From: Thermoproteaceae archaeon
Lineage (GTDB): Archaea > Thermoproteota > Thermoprotei > Thermoproteales > Thermoproteaceae
NCBI GenBank assembly: GCA_020833025.1
Contig: JAJHRB010000028.1
Coordinates: forward strand, 1 to 17,959
Direction of reading: 5' to 3'
Length of the DNA: 17,959 nucleotides
The position numbers and the translations under genes were made by a program. Under the pieces are notes generated by a model. The model had not been told where the DNA came from. It did not search any database and saw only the letters and a list, made by a program, of their open reading frames with translations. Shown here piece by piece: positions 15,271 to 17,959 of this stretch (position 1 is the first letter of the stretch; each line of letters begins with the position of its first letter).

Positions 15271-16653
15271 GTGGTAGGGTGCGCGCGTAGAGCCCCGCAG
15301 TACGAGTGGATGGTTCCGAGGGCGTGGTACAACATCTTGCCAGATCTCGGCGGGGCGCTGCCGCCGTACTTGAGGCCAGACGGCGAGCCCGTGAGGCCGC
15401 GCGACCTTGAAGTACTGTTTGCCAGGGAGCTGGTGCGCCAGGAGTTCTCGCAAGAGCGGTGGATTCCGATACCGAGCGAGGTCCGCGAGATCTACCTCAC
15501 GTGGAGGCCGACGCCGCTCGTGAGGGCCAGGAGACTCGAGGAGGCGCTGAGGACTCCCGCGAGAATATACTACAAGTACGAGGGCGTGTCGCCGCCGGGG
15601 AGCCACAAGCCGAATACCGCCGTCGCGCAAGTTTACTACGCGGCGAGGGAGGGCGCGGGCAGAGTGACGACAGAGACAGGAGCGGGGCAGTGGGGGTCGG
15701 CAGTTGCCTTCGCGGGCTCTCTCTTCCGCGTTAAGGCAACGGTGTATATGACTAGGTCGTCGTACCTGCAGAAGCCCTACCGCCGCGTGCTCATGGAGCT
15801 CTGGGGGGCTGAGGTGGTGCCGAGCCCGAGCGACAGGACTGAGGCCGGCAGGAAGTTCCTCTCGGAAGACCCAAACCATCCCGGCTCTCTCGGAATTGCA
15901 ATATCTGAGGCCATTGAGGATGCCGTCAGGAGCGGCGCGAGGTACGTGCTCGGCTCCGTGCTTAACTTTGTCCTGATGCACCAGACGGTAATCGGGCTCG
16001 AGGCGCTGGAGCAGATACGCTACTTTGACGACTACCCGGATTATGTAGTGGGGTGCGTCGGCGGCGGGAGCTCCTTCTCTGGCCTCTTCTGGCCGTTTTA
16101 CTACGAGAAGAGGGCAGGTAAGGCCGAGAGAGACGTCAAGTTCATTGCCGTCGAGCCGGCCGCCGTGCCCTCAATGACTATGGGCGAGTACACTTACGAC
16201 TTCGGCGACACTGCCGGCCTCACGCCGCTCATTAAGATGTACACGGTCGGGCACACATACAAGCCGCCTCCAATTCACGCGGGCGGCTTGCGCTACCACG
16301 GCTGCGCCCCCACGCTGTCACTGCTGGTCTCAAGGGGCGAGGTCGGGGCGGTTGCGTACAGGCAGGGCGAGGTCTTCGAGGCCGCCAGGCTCTTCGCGCA
16401 GCACGAGGGCATCGTGCCAGCGCCAGAGTCAGCGCACGCGGTCAAGGCGGCAGTAGACATAGCGCTAGAAGCGAAGCGAGAGGGCAGGCCCGTCACTATA
16501 CTGATCAACATGTCGGGACACGGCCTGCTGGACTTGCAGGCATACGACGAGTACTTGCGCGGGGCGTTGGCAGACGTGGTGCCAACGGCGGAGGAGCTCG
16601 CGGCTCACCTGGCCAGAGTCAGGGAGCTCATCAGGGGGAAAGGCGTGCGGTGA
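15271..16653 (+). CDS. trpB2: Tryptophan synthase beta chain, stand-alone TrpB2 type (PLP enzyme)
   Basis: WYNILPDL N-terminus, [17 protein letters not shown] (PLP Lys), [37 protein letters not shown] and [10 protein letters not shown]. The true start is uncertain (GTG 15271 or ATG 15310). Confidence 0.93.
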   Translation: MVGCARRAPQYEWMVPRAWYNILPDLGGALPPYLRPDGEPVRPRDLEVLFARELVRQEFSQERWIPIPSEVREIYLTWRPTPLVRARRLEEALRTPARIYYKYEGVSPPGSHKPNTAVAQVYYAAREGAGRVTTETGAGQWGSAVAFAGSLFRVKATVYMTRSSYLQKPYRRVLMELWGAEVVPSPSDRTEAGRKFLSEDPNHPGSLGIAISEAIEDAVRSGARYVLGSVLNFVLMHQTVIGLEALEQIRYFDDYPDYVVGCVGGGSSFSGLFWPFYYEKRAGKAERDVKFIAVEPAAVPSMTMGEYTYDFGDTAGLTPLIKMYTVGHTYKPPPIHAGGLRYHGCAPTLSLLVSRGEVGAVAYRQGEVFEAARLFAQHEGIVPAPESAHAVKAAVDIALEAKREGRPVTILINMSGHGLLDLQAYDEYLRGALADVVPTAEELAAHLARVRELIRGKGVR

Positions 16654-16668
16654 GCCAGTGCCGCCTGT

Positions 16669-17235
16669 CTAGCGCCTGTAGAGCCCGACGAGCTCGCCGC
16701 ACGCCGCGGCAAGTCTCGTGAGCTCGGCCAGCACTCTGCGCGCGGGGGCTCCCGGCGTTATGTCTACCGGAGCCGAGACGGCATAAACGCGAAACACATA
16801 CCTGTGCGGCCTGCCCGGCGGCGGGCACGGCCCTCCCCAGCCCACCCTCCCAAAGTCGTTCACTGCCTGCCACCCGCTCGGCGTCACCGGCTCTCTCGGA
16901 ATGCCGGCGGGGAGGCGCGTGATGTTTGCCGGTATGTTGTACAGGACCCAGTGCACGAACTCGCCGCCGGGCGCGTCAACGTCCACCACGACTACAGCAA
17001 AGGCTCTAACGCCGGGAGGGGCGCCCTGCCACTCCAGCGGAGGCGAGATGTCGGCCCCGTCGCAGGTGTACTCGACGGGGATGTACGACCCGTTAGAGAA
17101 CGCAGGCGATGAAACCAAGACCGTCATCGGGGCGCGCCTCGCCTCCCCCGGCCCTGGCCGCGCGGGAAGGAAGATCAACAGCGCGGAGACTAGCACTAGC
17201 ACCGCCGCGGCTGCGATCAAGAGTCCCCGCCTCAC
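16669..17235 (-). CDS. YbhB/YbcL-family (PEBP/RKIP-like) protein with an N-terminal membrane anchor or signal
   Basis: YTCDGADISPPLEW, DVDAPGGEFVHWVLYNIP and GGPCPPPGRPHRYVFRVYA; hydrophobic N-terminus. Confidence 0.9.
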   Translation of the reverse strand: MRRGLLIAAAAVLVLVSALLIFLPARPGPGEARRAPMTVLVSSPAFSNGSYIPVEYTCDGADISPPLEWQGAPPGVRAFAVVVVDVDAPGGEFVHWVLYNIPANITRLPAGIPREPVTPSGWQAVNDFGRVGWGGPCPPPGRPHRYVFRVYAVSAPVDITPGAPARRVLAELTRLAAACGELVGLYRR

Positions 17236-17266
17236 AGAGCTGGATCCAGCCCGTGCTTATGAAATT

Positions 17267-17914
17267 TCAGCCCGCCGGCGCCGCCCCTCTGACCACTCTT
17301 GCTATGAAAACCCCGACTCTGTGCACTCTCTTTCTGTGGTGCTTGTACATGGGCTTAATGCTCACAACGGCCGTGTCGAGCAGCTCGAGTCTCGAGCCCC
17401 ACCTTTCGACCACCTCCCTCACGTAGTCGAGAGTTGGGAGCTTGTGCATTGTATAAACAGTGCCGGCGTGTCTCAGCGCCGACGCCAAGAACGCGATGTC
17501 AGTGCCCCGCCCGCTCCATATGCCGAACGGCGGGTTCTGGAACGCGGCGTCAAACACCTTGCGGAGCCCCAGCATCCTGACGTCGGCAGCCAGGAGGTCC
17601 ACTGAGTCGAGGCCGAGTCTCCTCGCGGCCTCCCTCGCGACTGCCAGTGCCTCGTGGTCGATATCAACGCAGAGGACGTGGCGCGCGCCCATCGCCGCGG
17701 CGGCCAGCGCAAAGCGCCCCGTCCCGCACCCAAGATCCAGCACGTCGCCCAGCAGCCCCCTCATGTAGGCGTCCCACACGGCCGTCGCGACGGCAGCAGC
17801 GTCCGTTGGGTACTGCTCCAGCCTCAGCTTAGGCCTCCTGAATGCCGGCAGCGACTCTACGAAGATCTCCAGCTCGCGCCTGCTTCTGAGCCGCCCGGGG
17901 CGCTGCTCGGGCAT
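17267..17914 (-). CDS. METTL5-like (COG2263) SAM-dependent amino-methyltransferase
   Basis: PKLRLEQYPT, DLGCGTG (motif I), VDID, NPPFG (motif IV) and HHRKRVH C-terminus. Confidence 0.9.
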   Translation of the reverse strand: MPEQRPGRLRSRRELEIFVESLPAFRRPKLRLEQYPTDAAAVATAVWDAYMRGLLGDVLDLGCGTGRFALAAAAMGARHVLCVDIDHEALAVAREAARRLGLDSVDLLAADVRMLGLRKVFDAAFQNPPFGIWSGRGTDIAFLASALRHAGTVYTMHKLPTLDYVREVVERWGSRLELLDTAVVSIKPMYKHHRKRVHRVGVFIARVVRGAAPAG

Positions 17915-17935
17915 CTGCCTGCCCGGGGCCGGGTC

Positions 17936-17942
17936 ATTATAT
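17936..17942 (-). promoter_or_regulatory. TATA box for the METTL5-like gene
   Basis: ATATAAT; TATAAT begins 27 nt upstream of ATG 17914. Confidence 0.55.
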
Positions 17943-17959
17943 GGCTGGGCGGCCGGCAG

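Noticed and set aside
17886-17901. Minus-strand GCCCCGGGCGGCTCAG resembling a tRNA 5' start
   Set aside because: It is one nucleotide out of register, has no D-arm closure or trailer, and encodes RPGRLR of the methyltransferase.
1-17959. Other overlapping ORFs in the track; CRISPR arrays, IS elements, integrases
   Set aside because: The remaining ORFs are antisense or alternate-frame shadows typical of high-GC DNA; I saw no regularly spaced repeats, terminal inverted repeats or recombinase motifs.

Overview
GC-rich archaeal chromosomal segment. Gene content, leaderless TATA-driven genes and a multi-intron tRNA point to Thermoproteota, most likely Thermoproteales/Thermofilaceae (inference). 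Left to right: a large secreted multi-Ig-module S-layer-like protein running off the left edge (missed by the ORF track), valS, a TtuA/Ncs6-family tRNA thiolase with an unusual CxxD motif, a small Zn-ribbon protein, an MMPL/RND transporter divergent from a MacB/LolCDE-type ABC operon that ends in a 620-aa sequon-rich coiled-coil membrane protein, a promoter-driven 3' fragment of tRNA-Thr(UGU) with two introns, signal peptidase I, a 2TM-wHTH protein coupled to an SPFH protein, stand-alone trpB2, a YbhB/PEBP protein and a METTL5-like methyltransferase. The most striking observation is the tRNA. It holds only positions 30-76 and is preceded by its own BRE/TATA and a leader ending in a BHB-compatible splice junction, so it is a candidate trans-spliced (split) tRNA-Thr. 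Other leads are the MMPL+ABC+coiled-coil envelope module and a TATA-spaced MTSGW* mini-ORF ahead of trpB2. I saw no CRISPR array, transposase or integrase. All calls come from manual reading; no searches were run.
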